Assembly: GCA_002189035.1 (NCBI GenBank)
Contig: NEEC01000149.1
Span: forward strand, 1 to 64,000
From: Utricularia gibba
Lineage: Eukaryota; Plantae; Magnoliophyta
Length of the DNA: 64,000 bases
Reading direction: 5' to 3'
Of this stretch, positions 38,701 through 53,700 are shown piece by piece. Within the stretch, counting starts at the first letter, position 1. Every line of letters begins with the position of its first letter. Under the pieces are notes generated by a model. That model saw nothing but the letters and a program-made list of their open reading frames with translations, was not told where the DNA came from and did not search any database. Made by a program: the position numbers and the translations under genes.

Positions 38701-41700
38701 AACCGGATGCAAATCGATTAAAAAAAATGATGCCTTTGTTTAAATTACGATATCACGTGCACCCCACATGATTTTTTCAACAACTTACTTTATACTTGAG
38801 GAGGCGGTCTTGGGGTGCACCTGAACGGGACAAAGGTCAGGTTTGGCTTGCGCCGAGAGTTAGTTGTAGCTCGGAAAATAAAGTGATGTATTTATTAACG
38901 TTCAGTTTTCGGGGCTGCCCTACATGGTTTTTCAAGGAACAGCTTCGTGGCGGCCAGTCTCGCTGGGAACTTGGTCCTTGACCCCGATTGTATGGCTCAT
39001 GAGGTCAACCGGATGCAAATTGATTAAAAAAATGATGCTTTTGTTAAATTACGATATCACGTGCACCCCACATGATTTTTTCAACAACTTACTTTATACT
39101 TGAGGAGGCGGTCTTGGGGTGCACCTGAACGGGACAAAGGTCAGGTTTGGCTTGCGCCGAGAGTTAGTTGTAGCGGCAAATAAAGTGATGTATTTATTAA
39201 CGTTCAGTTTTTGGGGGCTGCCTACATGGTTTTTCAAGGAACAGCTTCTCGTTTTGTGGCGGCCAGTCTCGCTGGGAACTTGGTCCTTGACCCCGATTCT
39301 GTATGGCTCATGAGGTCAACCGGATGCAAATCGATTAAAAAAATGATGCCTTTGTTTAAATTACGATATCACGTGCACCCCATGATTTTTTCAACAACTT
39401 TTATACTTGAGGAGGCGGTCTTGGGGTGCACCTAGAACGGGACAAAGGTCAGGTTTGGCTTGCGCCGAGAGTTAGTTGTAGCTCGGCAAATAAAGTGATG
39501 TATTTATTAACGTTCAGTTTTGGGGGCTGCCTACATGGTTTTTCAAGGAACAGCTTCTCGTTTTGTGGCGGCCAGTCTCGCTGGGAACTTGGTCCTTGAC
39601 CCCGATTCTGTATGGCTCATGAGGTCAACCGGATGCAAATCGATTAAAAAAATGATGCCTTTGTTTAAATTACGATATCACGTGCACCCCACATGATTTT
39701 TTCAACAACTTACTTTATACTTGGGAGGCGGTCTTGGGGTGCACCTAGAACGGGACAAAGGTCAGGTTTGGCTTGCGCCGAGAGTTAGTTGTAGCTCGGC
39801 AAAAAAGTGATGTATTTATTAACGTTCAGTTTTGGGGGCTGCCTACATGGTTTTTCAAGGAACAGCTTCTCGTTTTGTGGCGGCCAGTCTCGCTGGGAAC
39901 TTGGTCCTTGACCCCGATTCTGTATGGCTCATGAGGTCAACCGGATGGAAATCGATTAAAAAAATGATGCCTTTCTTTAAATTACGATATCACGTGCACC
40001 CCACATGATTTTTTCAACAACTTACTTTATACTTGAGGAGGCGGTCTTGGGGTGCACCTAGAACGGGACAAAGGTCAGGTTTGGCTTGCGCCGAGAGTTA
40101 GTTGTAGCGGCAAATAAAGTGATGTATTTATTAACGTTCAGTTTTCGGGGGCTGCCTACATGGTTTTTCAAGGAACAGCTTCTCGTTTTGTGGCGGCCAG
40201 TCTCGCTGGGAACTTGGTCCTTGACCCCGATTCTGTATGGCTCATGAGGTCAACCGGATGCAAATCGATTAAAAAAATGATGCCTTTGTTTAAATTACGA
40301 TATCACGTGCACCCCACATGATTTTTTCAACAACTTACTTTATACTTGAGGAGGCGGTCTTGGGGTGCACCTAGAACGGGACAAAGGTCAGGTTTGGCTT
40401 GCGCCGAGAGTTAGTTGTAGCTCGGCAAAAAAGTGATGTATTTATTAACGTTCAGTTTTCGGGGGCTGCCTACATGGTTTTTCAAGGAACAGCTTCTCGT
40501 TTTGTGGCGGCCAGTCTCGCTGGGAACTTGGTCCTTGACCCCGATTCTGTATGGCTCATGAGGTCAACCGGATGCAAATCGATTAAAAAAATGATGCCTT
40601 TGTTTAAATTACGATATCACGTGCACCCCACATGATTTTTTCAACAACTTACTTTATACTTGAGGAGGCGGTCTTGGGGTGCACCTAGAACGGGACAAAG
40701 GTCAGGTTTGGCTTGCGCCGAGAGTTAGTTGTAGCTCGAAAATAAAGTGATGTATTTATTAACGTTCAGTTTTTGGGGCTGCCTACATGGTTTTTCAAGG
40801 AACAGCTTCTCGTTTTGTGGCGGCCAGTCTCGCTGGGAACTTGGTCCTTGACCCGATTCTGTATGGCTCATGAGGTCAACCGGATGCAAATCGATTAAAA
40901 AAAATGATGCCTTTTGTTTAAATTACGATATCACGTGCACCCCACATGATTTTTTCAACAACTTACTTTATACTTGAGGAGGCGGTCTTGGGTGCACCTA
41001 GAACGGGACAAAGGTCAGGTTTGGCTTGCGCGAGAGTTAGTTGTAGCTCGGAAATAAAGTGATGTATTTATTAACGTTCAGTTTTGGGGGCTGCCTACAT
41101 GGTTTTTCAAGGAACAGCTTCTCGTTTTGTGGCGGCCAGTCTCGCTGGGAACTTGGTCCTTGACCCGATTGTATGGCTCATGGGTCAACCGGATGCAAAT
41201 CGATTAAAAAAATGATGCCTTTGTTTAAATTACGATATCACGTGCACCCCACATGATTTTTTCAACAACTTACTTTATACTTGAGGAGGCGGTCTTGGGT
41301 GCACCTGGGACAAAGGTCAGGTTTGGCTTGCGCCGAGAGTTAGTTGTAGCTCGGAAATAAAGTGATGTATTTATTAACGTTCAGTTTTGGGGGCTGCCTA
41401 CATGGTTTTTCAAGAACAGCTTCTCGTTTTGTGGCGGCCAGTCTCGCTGGGAACTTGGTCCTTGACCCCGATTCTGTATGGCTCATGAGGTCAACCGGAT
41501 GGAAATCGATTAAAAAAATGATGCCTTTGTTTAAATTACGATATCACGTGCACCCCACATGATTTTTTCAACAACTTACTTTATACTTGAGGAGGCGGTC
41601 TTGGGGTGCACCTAGAACGGGACAAAGGTCAGGTTTGGCTTGCGCCGAGAGTTAGTTGTAGCCGGCAAATAAAGTGATGTATTTATTAACGTTCAGTTTT

Positions 41701-44700
41701 CGGGGCTGCCTACATGGTTTTTCAAGGAACAGCTTCTCGTTTTGTGGCGGCCAGTCTCGCTGGGAACTTGGTCCTTGACCCCGATTCTGTATGGCTCATG
41801 AGGTCAACCGGATGCAAATCGATTAAAAAAATGATGCCTTTTTTAAATTACGATATCACGTGCACCCCACATGATTTTTTCAACAACTTACTTTATACTT
41901 GAGGAGGCGGTCTTGGGGTGCACCTAGAACGGGACAAAGGTCAGGTTTGGCTTGCGCCGAGAGTTAGTTGTAGCTCGGCAAAAAAGTGATGTATTTATTA
42001 ACGTTCAGTTTTTGGGGGCTGCCTACATGGTTTTTCAAGGAACAGCTTCTCGTTTTGTGGCGGCCAGTCTCGCTGGGAACTTGGTCCTTGACCCCGATTC
42101 TGTATGGCTCATGAGGTCAACCGGATGGAAATCGATTAAAAAAATGATGCCTTTTTTAAATTACGATATCACGTGCACCCCACATGATTTTTTCAACAAC
42201 TTACTTTATACTTGAGGAGGCGGTCTTGGGTGCACCTAGAACGGGACAAAGGTCAGGTTTGGCTTGCGCCGAGAGTTAGTTGTATAATAAAGTGATGTAT
42301 TTATTAACGTTCAGTTTTCGGGGCTGCCTACATGGTTTTTCAAGGAACAGCTTCTCGTTTTGTGGCGGCCAGTCTCGCTGGGAACTTGGTCCTTGACCCC
42401 GATTCTGTATGGCTCATGAGGTCAACCGGATGCAAATCGATTAAAAAAATGATGCCTTTGTTTAAATTACGATATCACGTGCACCCCACATGATTTTTTC
42501 AACAACTTACTTTACTTGAGGAGGCGGTCTTGGGTGCACCTGAACGGGACAAAGGTCAGGTTTGGCTTGCGCCGAGAGTTAGTTGTAACACGGCAAATAA
42601 AGTGATGTATTTATTAACGTTCAGTTTTCGGGGGCTGCCTACATGGTTTTTCAAGGAACAGCTTCTCGTTTTGTGGCGGCCAGTCTCGCTGGGAACTTGG
42701 TCCTTGACCCCGATTCTGTATGGCTCATGAGGTCAACCGGATGGCAAATCGATTAAAAAAAATGCCTTTGTTTAAATTACGATATCACGTGCACCCCATG
42801 ATTTTTTCAACAACTTACTTTATACTTGAGGAGGCGGTCTTGGGGTGCACCTAGAACGGGACAAAGGTCAGGTTTGGCTTGCGCCGAGAGTTAGTTGTAG
42901 CTCGGCAAATAAAGTGATGTATTTATTAACGTTCAGTTTTTGGGCCTACATGGTTTTTCAAGAACAGCTTCTCGTTTTGTGGCGGCCAGTCTCGCTGGGA
43001 ACTTGGTCCTTGACCCCGATTCTGTATGCTCATGAGGTCAACCGGATGGAAATCGATTAAAGAAAATGATGCTTTTTTAAATTACGATATCACGTGCACC
43101 CCACATGATTTTTTCAACAACTTACTTTATACTTGAGGAGGCGGTCTTGGGGTGCACCTAGAACGGGACAAAGGTCAGGTTTGGCTTGCGCCGAGAGTTA
43201 GTTGTAACTCGGCAAATAAAGTGATGTATTTATTAACGTTCAGTTTTCGGGGGCTGCCTACATGGTTTTTCAAGGAACAGCTTCTCGTTTTGTGGCGGCC
43301 AGTCTCGCTGGGAACTTGGTCCTTGACCCCGATTCTGTATGGCTCATGAGGTCAACCGGATGCAAATCGATTAAAAAAATGATGCCTTTGTTTAAATTAC
43401 GATATCACGTGCACCCCACATGATTTTTTCAACAACTTACTTTATACTTGAGGAGGCGGTCTTGGGGTGCACCTAGAACGGGACAAAGGTCAGGTTTGGC
43501 TTGCGCCGAGAGTTAGTTGTAGCTCGGAAAATAAAGTGATGTATTTATTAACGTTCAGTTTTGGGGCTCCTACATGGTTTTTCAAGGAACTTGGGGTTTT
43601 ATACTTGAGGAGGCGGTCTTGGGTTAGAACGGGACAAAGGTCAGGTTTGGCTTGCGCCGAGAGTTAGTTGGGAAATAAAGTGATGTATTTATTAACGTTC
43701 AGTTTTGGGGGCTGCCTACATGGTTTTTCAAGGAACAGCTTCTCGTTTTGTGGCGGCCAGTCTCGCTGGGAACTTGGTCCTTGACCCCGATTATGTATTG
43801 CTCATGAGGTCAACCGGATGCAAATTGATTAAAAAAATGATGCCTTTGTTTAAAATTACGATATCACGTGCACCCCACATGATTTTTTCAACAACTTACT
43901 TTATACTTGAGGAGGCGGTCTTGGGGTGCACCTAGAACGGGACAAAGGTCAGGTTTGGCTTGCGCCGAGAGTTAGTTGTAGCTCGGCAAAATAAAGTGAT
44001 GTATTTATTAACGTTCAGTTTTCGGGGGCTGCCTACATGGTTTTTCAAGGAACAGCTTCTCGTTTTGTGGCGGCCAGTCTCGCTGGGAACTTGGTCCTTG
44101 ACCCGATTATGTATGGCTCATGAGGTCAACCGGATGCAAATCGATTAAAAAAATGATGCCTTTGTTTAAATTACGATATCACGTGCACCCACATGATTTT
44201 TCAACTTACTTTATACTTGAGGAGGCGGTCTTGGGTGCACCTAGAACGGGGACAAAGGTCAGGTTTGGCTTGCGCCGAGAGTTAGTTGTAGCTCGGAAAA
44301 TAAAGTGATGTATTTATTAACGTTCAGTTTTGGGGGCTGCCTACATGGTTTTTCAAGGAACAGCTTCTCGTTTTGTGGCGGCCAGTCTCGCTGGGAACTT
44401 GGTCCTTGACCCCGATTCTGTATGGCTCATGAGGTCAACCGGATGCAAATCGATTAAAAAAAATGATGCCTTTGTTTAAATTACGATATCACGTGCACCC
44501 CATGATTTTTTCAACAACTTACTTTATACTTGAGGAGGCGGTCTTGGGGTGCACCTAGAACGGGACAAAGGTCAGGTTTGGCTTGCGCCGAGAGTTAGTT
44601 GTAGCTCGGAAAATAAAGTGATGTATTTATTAACGTTCAGTTTTTGGGGGCTGCCTACATGGTTTTTCAAGGAACAGCTTCTCGTTTTGTGGCGGCCAGT

Positions 44701-47700
44701 CTCGCTGGGAACTTGGTCCTTGACCCCGATTATGTATGCTCATGAGGTCAACCGGATGCAAATCGATTAAAAAAATGATGCTTTGTTTAAATTACGATAT
44801 CACGTGCACCCACATGATTTTTTCAACAACTTACTTTATACTTGAGGAGGCGGTCTTGGGGTGCACCTAGAACGGGACAAAGGTCAGGTTTGGCTTGCGC
44901 CGAGAGTTAGTTGTAGCTCGGAAAATAAAGTGATGTATTTATTAACGTTCAGTTTTGGGGGCTGCCTACATGGTTTTTCAAGGAACAGCTTCTCGTTTTG
45001 TGGCGGCCAGTCTCGCTGGGAACTTGGTCCTTGACCCCGATTATGTATGCTCATGAGGTCAACCGGATGCAAATCGATTAAAAAAAATGATGCCTTTGTT
45101 TAAATTACGATATCACGTGCACCCCACATGATTTTTTCAACAACTTACTTTATACTTGAGGAGGCGGTCTTGGGGTGCACCTAGAACGGGACAAAGGTCA
45201 GGTTTGGCTTGCGCCGAGAGTTAGTTGTAGCTCGGCAAATAAAGTGATGTATTTATTAACGTTCAGTTTTCGGGGCTGCCTACATGGTTTTTCAAGGAAC
45301 AGCTTCTCGTTTTGTGGCGGCCAGTCTCGCTGGGAACTTGGTCCTTGACCCCGATTCTGTATGGCTCATGAGGTCAACCGGATGCAAAATCGATTAAAAA
45401 AAATGATGCCTTTGTTTAAATTACGATATCACGTGCACCCCACATGATTTTTTCAACAACTTACTTTATACTTGAGGAGGCGGTCTTGGGGTGCACCTAG
45501 AACGGGACAAAGGTCAGGTTTGGCTTGCGCCGAGAGTTAGTTGTAGCTCGGAAAATAAAGTGATGTATTTTAACGTTCAGTTTTGGGGGCTGCCTACATG
45601 GTTTTTCAAGGAACAGCTTCTCGTTTTTGTGGCGGCCAGTCTCGCTGGGAACTTGGTCCTTGACCCCGATTCTGTATGGCTCATGAGGTCAACCGGATGC
45701 AAATCGATTAAAAAAATGATGCCTTTGTTTAAATTACGATATCACGTGCACCCCACATGATTTTTTCAACAACTTACTTTATACTTGAGGAGGCGGTCTT
45801 GGGGTGCACCTAGAACGGGACAAAGGTCAGGTTTGGCTTGCGCCGAGAGTTAGTTGTAGCTCGGAAAATAAAGTGATGTATTTATTAACGTTCAGTTTTG
45901 GGGGCTGCCTACATGGTTTTTCAAGGAACAGCTTCTCGTTTTGTGGCGGCCAGTCTCGCTGGGAACTTGGTCCTTGACCCCGATTCTGTATGGCTCATGA
46001 GGTCAACCGGATGCAAATCGATTAAAAAAATGATGCCTTTGTTTAAATTACGATATCACGTGCACCCCACATGATTTTTTCAACAACTTACTTTATACTT
46101 GAGGAGGCGGTCTTGGGGTGCACCTAGAACGGGACAAAGGTCAGGTTTGGCTTGCGCCGAGAGTTAGTTGTAGCTCGGAAAAAAGTGATGTATTTATTAA
46201 CGTTCAGTTTTTGGGGCTGCCTACATGGTTTTTCAAGGAACAGCTTCTCGTTTTGTGGCGGCCAGTCTCGCTGGGAACTTGGTCCTTGACCCCGATTCTG
46301 TATGGCTCATGAGGTCAACCGGATGGAAATCGATTAAAGAAAATGATGCCTTTGTTTAAATTACGATATCACGTGCACCCACATGATTTTTTCAACAACT
46401 TACTTTATACTTGAGGAGGCGGTCTTGGGGTGCACCTAGAACGGGACAAAGGTCAGGTTTGGCTTGCGCGAGAGTTAGTTGTAGCTCGGCAAAATAAAGT
46501 GATGTATTTATTAACGTTCAGTTTTGGGGGCTGCCTACATGGTTTTTCAAGGAACAGCTTCTCGTTTTGTGGCGGCCAGTCTCGCTGGGAACTTGGTCCT
46601 TGACCCCGATTATGTATGCTCATGAGGTCAACCGGATGCAAATCGATTAAAAAAATGATGCCTTTGTTTAAATTACGATATCACGTGCACCCCACATGAT
46701 TTTTTCAACAACTTACTTTATACTTGAGGAGGCGGTCTTGGGGTGCACCTAGAACGGGACAAAGGTCAGGTTTGGCTTGCGCCGAGAGTTAGTTGTAGCT
46801 CGGAAAATAAAGTGATGTATTTATTAACGTTCAGTTTTGGGGGCTGCCTACATGGTTTTTCAAGGAACAGCTTCTCGTTTTGTGGCGGCCAGTCTCGCTG
46901 GGAACTTGGTCCTTGACCCGATTCTGTATGGCTCATGAGGTCAACCGGATGCAAATCGATTAAAAAAATGATGCCTTTGTTTAAATTACGATATCACGTG
47001 CACCCACATGATTTTTTCAACAACTTACTTTATACTTGAGGAGGCGGTCTTGGGTGCACCTAGAACGGGACAAAGGTCAGGTTTGGCTTGCGCCGAGAGT
47101 TAGTTGTAGCTCGGAAATAAAGTGATGTATTTATTAACGTTCAGTTTTGGGGGGCTGCCTACATGGTTTTTCAAGGAACAGCTTCTCGTTTTGTGGCGGC
47201 CAGTCTCGCTGGGAACTTGGTCCTTGACCCCGATTATGTATGGCTCATGAGGTCAACCGGATGCAAATTGATTAAAAAAAATGATGCCTTTTTTAAATTA
47301 CGATATCACGTGCACCCCACATGATTTTTTCAACAACTTACTTTATACTTGAGGAGGCGGTCTTGGGGTGCACCTAGAACGGGACAAAGGTCAGGTTTGG
47401 CTTGCGCAGAGTTAGTTGTAGCTCGGAAAATAAAGTGATGTATTTATTAACGTTCAGTTTTTTGGGGGCTGCCTACATGGTTTTTCAAGGAACAGCTTCT
47501 CGTTTTGTGGCCAGTCTCGCTGGGAACTTGGTCCTTGACCCCGATTCTGTATGGCTCATGAGGTCAACCGGATGCAAATCGATTAAAAAAATGATGCCTT
47601 TGTTTAAATTACGATATCACGTGCACCCACATGATTTTTTCAACAACTTACTTTATACTTGAGGAGGCGGTCTTGGGGTGCACCTAGAACGGGACAAAGG

Positions 47701-50700
47701 TCAGGTTTGGCTTGCGCCGAGAGTTAGTTGTAGCTCGGAAATAAAGTGATGTATTTATTAACGTTCAGTTTTTGGGGGCTGCCTACATGGTTTTTCAAGG
47801 AACAGCTTCTCGTTTTGTGGCGGCCAGTCTCGCTGGGAACTTGGTCCTTGACCCCGATTCTGTATGGCTCATGAGGTCAACCGGATGAAATCGATTAAAG
47901 AAAATGATGCCTTTCTTTAAATTACGATATCACGTGCACCCCACATGATTTTTTCAACAACTTACTTTATACTTGAGGAGGCGGTCTTGGGGCACCTAGA
48001 ACGGGACAAAGGTCAGGTTTGGCTTGCGCCGAGAGTTAGTTGTAGCTCGGCAAATAAAGTGATGTATTTATTAACGTTCAGTTTTTGGGGCTGCCTACAT
48101 GGTTTTTCAAGGAACAGCTTCTCGTTTTGTGGCGGCCAGTCTCGCTGGGAACTTGGTCCTTGACCCCGATTATGTATGCTCATGAGGTCAACCGGATGCA
48201 AATTGATTAAAAAAATGATGCCTTTGTTTAAATTACGATATCACGTGCACCCCACATGATTTTTTCAACAACTTACTTTATACTTGAGGAGGCGGTCTTG
48301 GGTGCACCTAGAACGGGACAAAGGTCAGGTTTGGCTTGCGCCGAGAGTTAGTTGTAGCTCGGAAAATAAAGTGATGTATTTATTAACGTTCAGTTTTTGG
48401 GGGCTGCCTACATGGTTTTTCAAGGAACAGCTTCTCGTTTTGTGGCGGCCAGTCTCGCTGGGAACTTGGTCCTTGACCCCGATTCTGTATGGCTCATGAG
48501 GTCAACCGGATGCAAATCGATTAAAAAAATGATGCCTTTGTTTAAATTACGATATCACGTGCACCCCACATGATTTTTTCAACAACTTACTTTATACTTG
48601 AGGAGGCGGTCTTGGGGTGCACCTAGAACGGGACAAAGGTCAGGTTTGGCTTGCGCCGAGAGTTAGTTGTAGCTCGGAAATAAAGTGATGTATTTATTAA
48701 CGTTCAGTTTTGGGGGCTGCCTACATGGTTTTTCAAGGAACAGCTTCTCGTTTTGTGGCGGCCAGTCTCGCTGGGAACTTGGTCCTTGACCCCGATTCTG
48801 TATGGCTCATGAGGTCAACCGGATGCAAATCGATTAAAGAAAATGATGCCTTTTTAAATTACGATATCACGTGCACCCCACATGATTTTTTCAACAACTT
48901 ACTTTATACTTGAGGAGGCGGTCTTGGGGTGCACCTAGAACGGGACAAAGGTCAGGTTTGGCTTGCGCCGAGAGTTAGTTGTAGCTCGGAAAATAAAGTG
49001 ATGTATTTATTAACGTTCAGTTTTGGGGGCTGCCTACATGGTTTTTCAAGGAACAGCTTCTCGTTTTGTGGCGGCCAGTCTCGCTGGGAACTTGGTCCTT
49101 GACCCCGATTCTGTATGGCTCATGAGGTCAACCGGATGCAAATCGATTAAAAAAATGATGCCTTTGTTTAAATTACGATATCACGTGCACCCCACATGAT
49201 TTTTTCAACAACTTACTTTATACTTGAGGAGGCGGTCTTGGGGTGCACCTAGAACGGGACAAGGTCAGGTTTGGCTTGCGCCGAGAGTTAGTTGTAGCTC
49301 GGAAAATAAAGTGATGTATTTATTAACGTTCAGTTTTCGGGGGCTGCCTACATGGTTTTTCAAGGAACAGCTTCTCGTTTTGTGGCGGCCAGTCTCGCTG
49401 GGAACTTGGTCCTTGACCCCGATTCTGTATGGCTCATGAGGTCAACCGGATGGAAATCGATTAAAAAAAATGATGCCTTTGTTTAAATTACGATATCACG
49501 TGCACCCCACATGATTTTTTCAACAACTTACTTTATACTTGAGGAGGGTCTTGGGGTGCACCTAGAACGGGACAAAGGTCAGGTTTGGCTTGCGCCGAGA
49601 GTTAGTTGTAGCTCGGAAAATAAAGTGATGTATTTATTAACGTTCAGTTTTGGGGCTGCCTACATGGTTTTTCAAGGAACAGCTTCTCGTTTTGTGGCGC
49701 CAGTCTCGCTGGGAACTTGGTCCTTGACCCCGATTCTGTATGGCTCATGAGGTCAACCGGATGGAAATCGATTAAAAAAAATGATGCCTTTCTTTAAATT
49801 ACGATATCACGTGCACCCCACATGATTTTTTCAACAACTTACTTTATACTTGAGGAGGCGGTCTTGGGGTGCACCTAGAACGGGACAAAGGTCAGGTTTG
49901 GCTTGCGCCGAGAGTTAGTTGTAGCGGCAAATAAAGTGATGTATTTATTAACGTTCAGTTTTCGGGGGGCTGCCTACATGGTTTTTCAAGGAACAGCTTC
50001 TCGTTTTGTGGCGGCCAGTCTCGCTGGGAACTTGGTCCTTGACCCGATTGTATGCTCATGAGGTCAACCGGATGCAAATCGATTAAAAAAATGATGCCTT
50101 TGTTTAAATTACGATATCACGTGCACCCCACATGATTTTTTCAACAACTTACTTTATACTTGAGGAGGCGGTCTTGGGGTGCACCTAGAACGGGACAAAG
50201 GTCAGGTTTGGCTTGCGCCGAGAGTTAGTTGTAGCTCGGCAAATAAAGTGATGTATTTATTAACGTTCAGTTTTGGGGGCTGCCTACATGGTTTTTCAAG
50301 GAACAGCTTCTCGTTTTGTGGCGGCCAGTCTCGCTGGGAACTTGGTCCTTGACCCCGATTATGTATGGCTCATGAGGTCAACCGGATGCAAATTGATTAA
50401 AAAAATGATGCCTTTGTTAAAATTACGATATCACGTGCACCCCACATGATTTTTTCAACAACTTACTTTATACTTGAGGAGGCGGTCTTGGGGTGCACCT
50501 AGAACGGGACAAAGGTCAGGTTTGGCTTGCGCCGAGAGTTAGTTGTAGCTCGGAAAATAAAGTGATGTATTTATTAACGTTCAGTTTTGGGGGCTGCCTA
50601 CATGGTTTTTCAAGGAACAGCTTCTCGTTTTGTGGCGGCCAGTCTCGCTGGGAACTTGGTCCTTGACCCCGATTCTGTATGGCTCATGAGGTCAACCGGA

Positions 50701-53700
50701 TGCAAATCGATTAAAAAAATGATGCCTTTGTTTAAATTACGATATCACGTGCACCCACATGATTTTTTCAACAACTTACTTTATACTTGAGGAGGCGGTC
50801 TTGGGGTGCACCTAGAACGGGACAAAGGTCAGGTTTGGCTTGCGCCGAGAGTTAGTTGTAGCTCGGAAATAAAGTGATGTATTTATTAACGTTCAGTTTT
50901 TGGGGGCTGCCTACATGGTTTTTCAAGGAACAGCTTCTCGTTTTGTGGCGGCCAGTCTCGCTGGGAACTTGGTCCTTGACCCCGATTCTGTATGGCTCAT
51001 GAGGTCAACCGGATGGAAATCGATTAAAAAAAATGATGCCTTTTTTAAATTACGATATCACGTGCACCCACATGATTTTTTCAACAACTTACTTTATACT
51101 TGAGGAGGCGGTCTTGGGGTGCACCTAGAACGGGACAAAGGTCAGGTTTGGCTTGCGCCGAGAGTTAGTTGTAGCTCGGAAATAAAGTGATGTATTTATT
51201 AACGTTCAGTTTTGGGGGCTGCCTACATGGTTTTTCAAGGAACAGCTTCTCGTTTTGTGGCGGCCAGTCTCGCTGGGAACTTGGTCCTTGACCCCGATTG
51301 TATGCTCATGAGGTCAACCGGATGCAAATTGATTAAAAAATGATGCCTTTTGTTAAATTACGATATCACGTGCACCCCACATGATTTTTTCAACAACTTA
51401 CTTTATACTTGAGGAGGCGGTCTTGGGGTGCACCTAGAACGGGACAAAGGTCAGGTTTGGCTTGCGCCGAGAGTTAGTTGTAGCTCGGAAAATAAAGTGA
51501 TGTATTTATTAACGTTCAGTTTTTGGGGGCTGCCTACATGGTTTTTCAAGGAACAGCTTCTCGTTTTGTGGCGGCCAGTCTCGCTGGGAACTTGGTCCTT
51601 GACCCCGATTCTGTATGCTCATGAGGTCAACCGGATGCAAATCGATTAAAAAAATGATGCCTTGTTTAAATTACGATATCACGTGCACCCCACATGATTT
51701 TTTCAACAACTTACTTTATACTTGAGGAGGCGGTCTTGGGGTGCACCTAGAACGGGACAAAGGTCAGGTTTGGCTTGCGCCGAGAGTTAGTTGTAGCTCG
51801 GAAAATAAAGTGATGTATTTATTAACGTTCAGTTTTGGGGGCTGCCTACATGGTTTTTCAAGGAACAGCTTCTCGTTTTGTGGCGGCCAGTCTCGCTGGG
51901 AACTTGGTCCTTGACCCCGATTCTGTATGGCTCATGAGGTCAACCGGATGCAAATCGATTAAAAAAATGATGCCTTTGTTTAAATTACGATATCACGTGC
52001 ACCCCACATGATTTTTTCAACAACTTACTTTATACTTGAGGAGGCGGTCTTGGGTGCACCTAGAACGGGACAAAGGTCAGGTTTGGCTTGCGCCGAGAGT
52101 TAGTTGTAGCTCGGAAATAAAGTGATGTATTTATTAACGTTCAGTTTTGGGGGCTGCCTACATGGTTTTTCAAGGAACAGCTTCTCGTTTTGTGGCGGCC
52201 AGTCTCGCTGGGAACTTGGTCCTTGACCCCGATTATGTATGGCTCATGAGGTCAACCGGATGCAAATCGATTAAAAAAATGATGCCTTTGTTTAAATTAC
52301 GATATCACGTGCACCCCACATGATTTTTTCAACAACTTACTTTATACTTGAGGAGGCGGTCTTGGGTGCACCTAGAACGGGACAAAGGTCAGGTTTGGCT
52401 TGCGCCGAGAGTTAGTTGTAGCTCGGAAAATAAAGTGATGTATTTATTAACGTTCAGTTTTCGGGGGCTGCCTACATGGTTTTTCAAGGAACAGCTTCTC
52501 GTTTTGTGGCGGCCAGTCTCGCTGGGAACTTGGTCCTTGACCCCGATTCTGTATGGCTCATGAGGTCAACCGGATGCAAATCGATTAAAAAAATGATGCC
52601 TTTGTTTAAATTACGATATCACGTGCACCCCACATGATTTTTTCAACAACTTACTTTATACTTGAGGAGGCGGTCTTGGGGTGCACCTGAACGGGACAAA
52701 GGTCAGGTTTGGCTTGCGCCGAGAGTTAGTTGTAGCTCGGCAAATAAAGTGATGTATTTATTAACGTTCAGTTTTTGGGGGCTGCCTACATGGTTTTTCA
52801 AGGAACAGCTTCTCGTTTTGTGGCGGCCAGTCTCGCTGGAACTTGGTCCTGACCCCGATTCTGTATGGCTCATGAGGTCAACCGGATGGAAATCGATTAA
52901 AAAAATGATGCCTTTTTTAAATTACGATATCACGTGCACCCCACATGATTTTTTCAACAACTTACTTTATACTTGTGGAGGAGGCGGTCTTGGGTGCACC
53001 TGGAACGGGACAAAGGTCAGGTTTGGCTTGCGCCGAGAGTTAGTTGTAGCAAAAATAAAGTGATGTATTTATTAACGTTCAGTTTTCGGGGGCTGCCTAC
53101 ATGGTTTTTCAAGGAACAGCTTCTCGTTTTGTGGCGGCCAGTCTCGCTGGGAACTTGGTCCTTGACCCCGATTCTGTATGCTCATGAGGTCAACCGGATG
53201 CAAATTGATTAAAAAAATGATGCCTTTGTTAAATTACGATATCACGTGCACCCCACATGATTTTTTCAACAACTTACTTTATACTTGAGGAGGCGGTCTT
53301 GGGTGCACCTAGAACGGACAAAGGTCAGGTTTGGCTTGCGCGAGAGTTAGTTGTAGCTCGGAAAATAAAGTGATGTATTTATTAACGTTCAGTTTTTGGG
53401 GGCTGCCTACATGGTTTTTCAAGGAACAGCTTCTCGTTTTGTGGCGGCCAGTCTCGCTGGGAACTTGGTCCTTGACCCCGATTATGTATGCTCATGAGGT
53501 CAACCGGATGCAAATCGATTAAAAAAAATGATGCCTTTGTTTAAATTACGATATCACGTGCACCCCACATGATTTTTTCAACAACTTACTTTATACTTGG
53601 GAGGCGTCTTGGGGCACCTAGAACGGGACAAAGGTCAGTTTTGGCTTGCGCGAGAGTTAGTTGTAGCTCGGAAAATAAAGTGATGTATTTATTAACGTTC

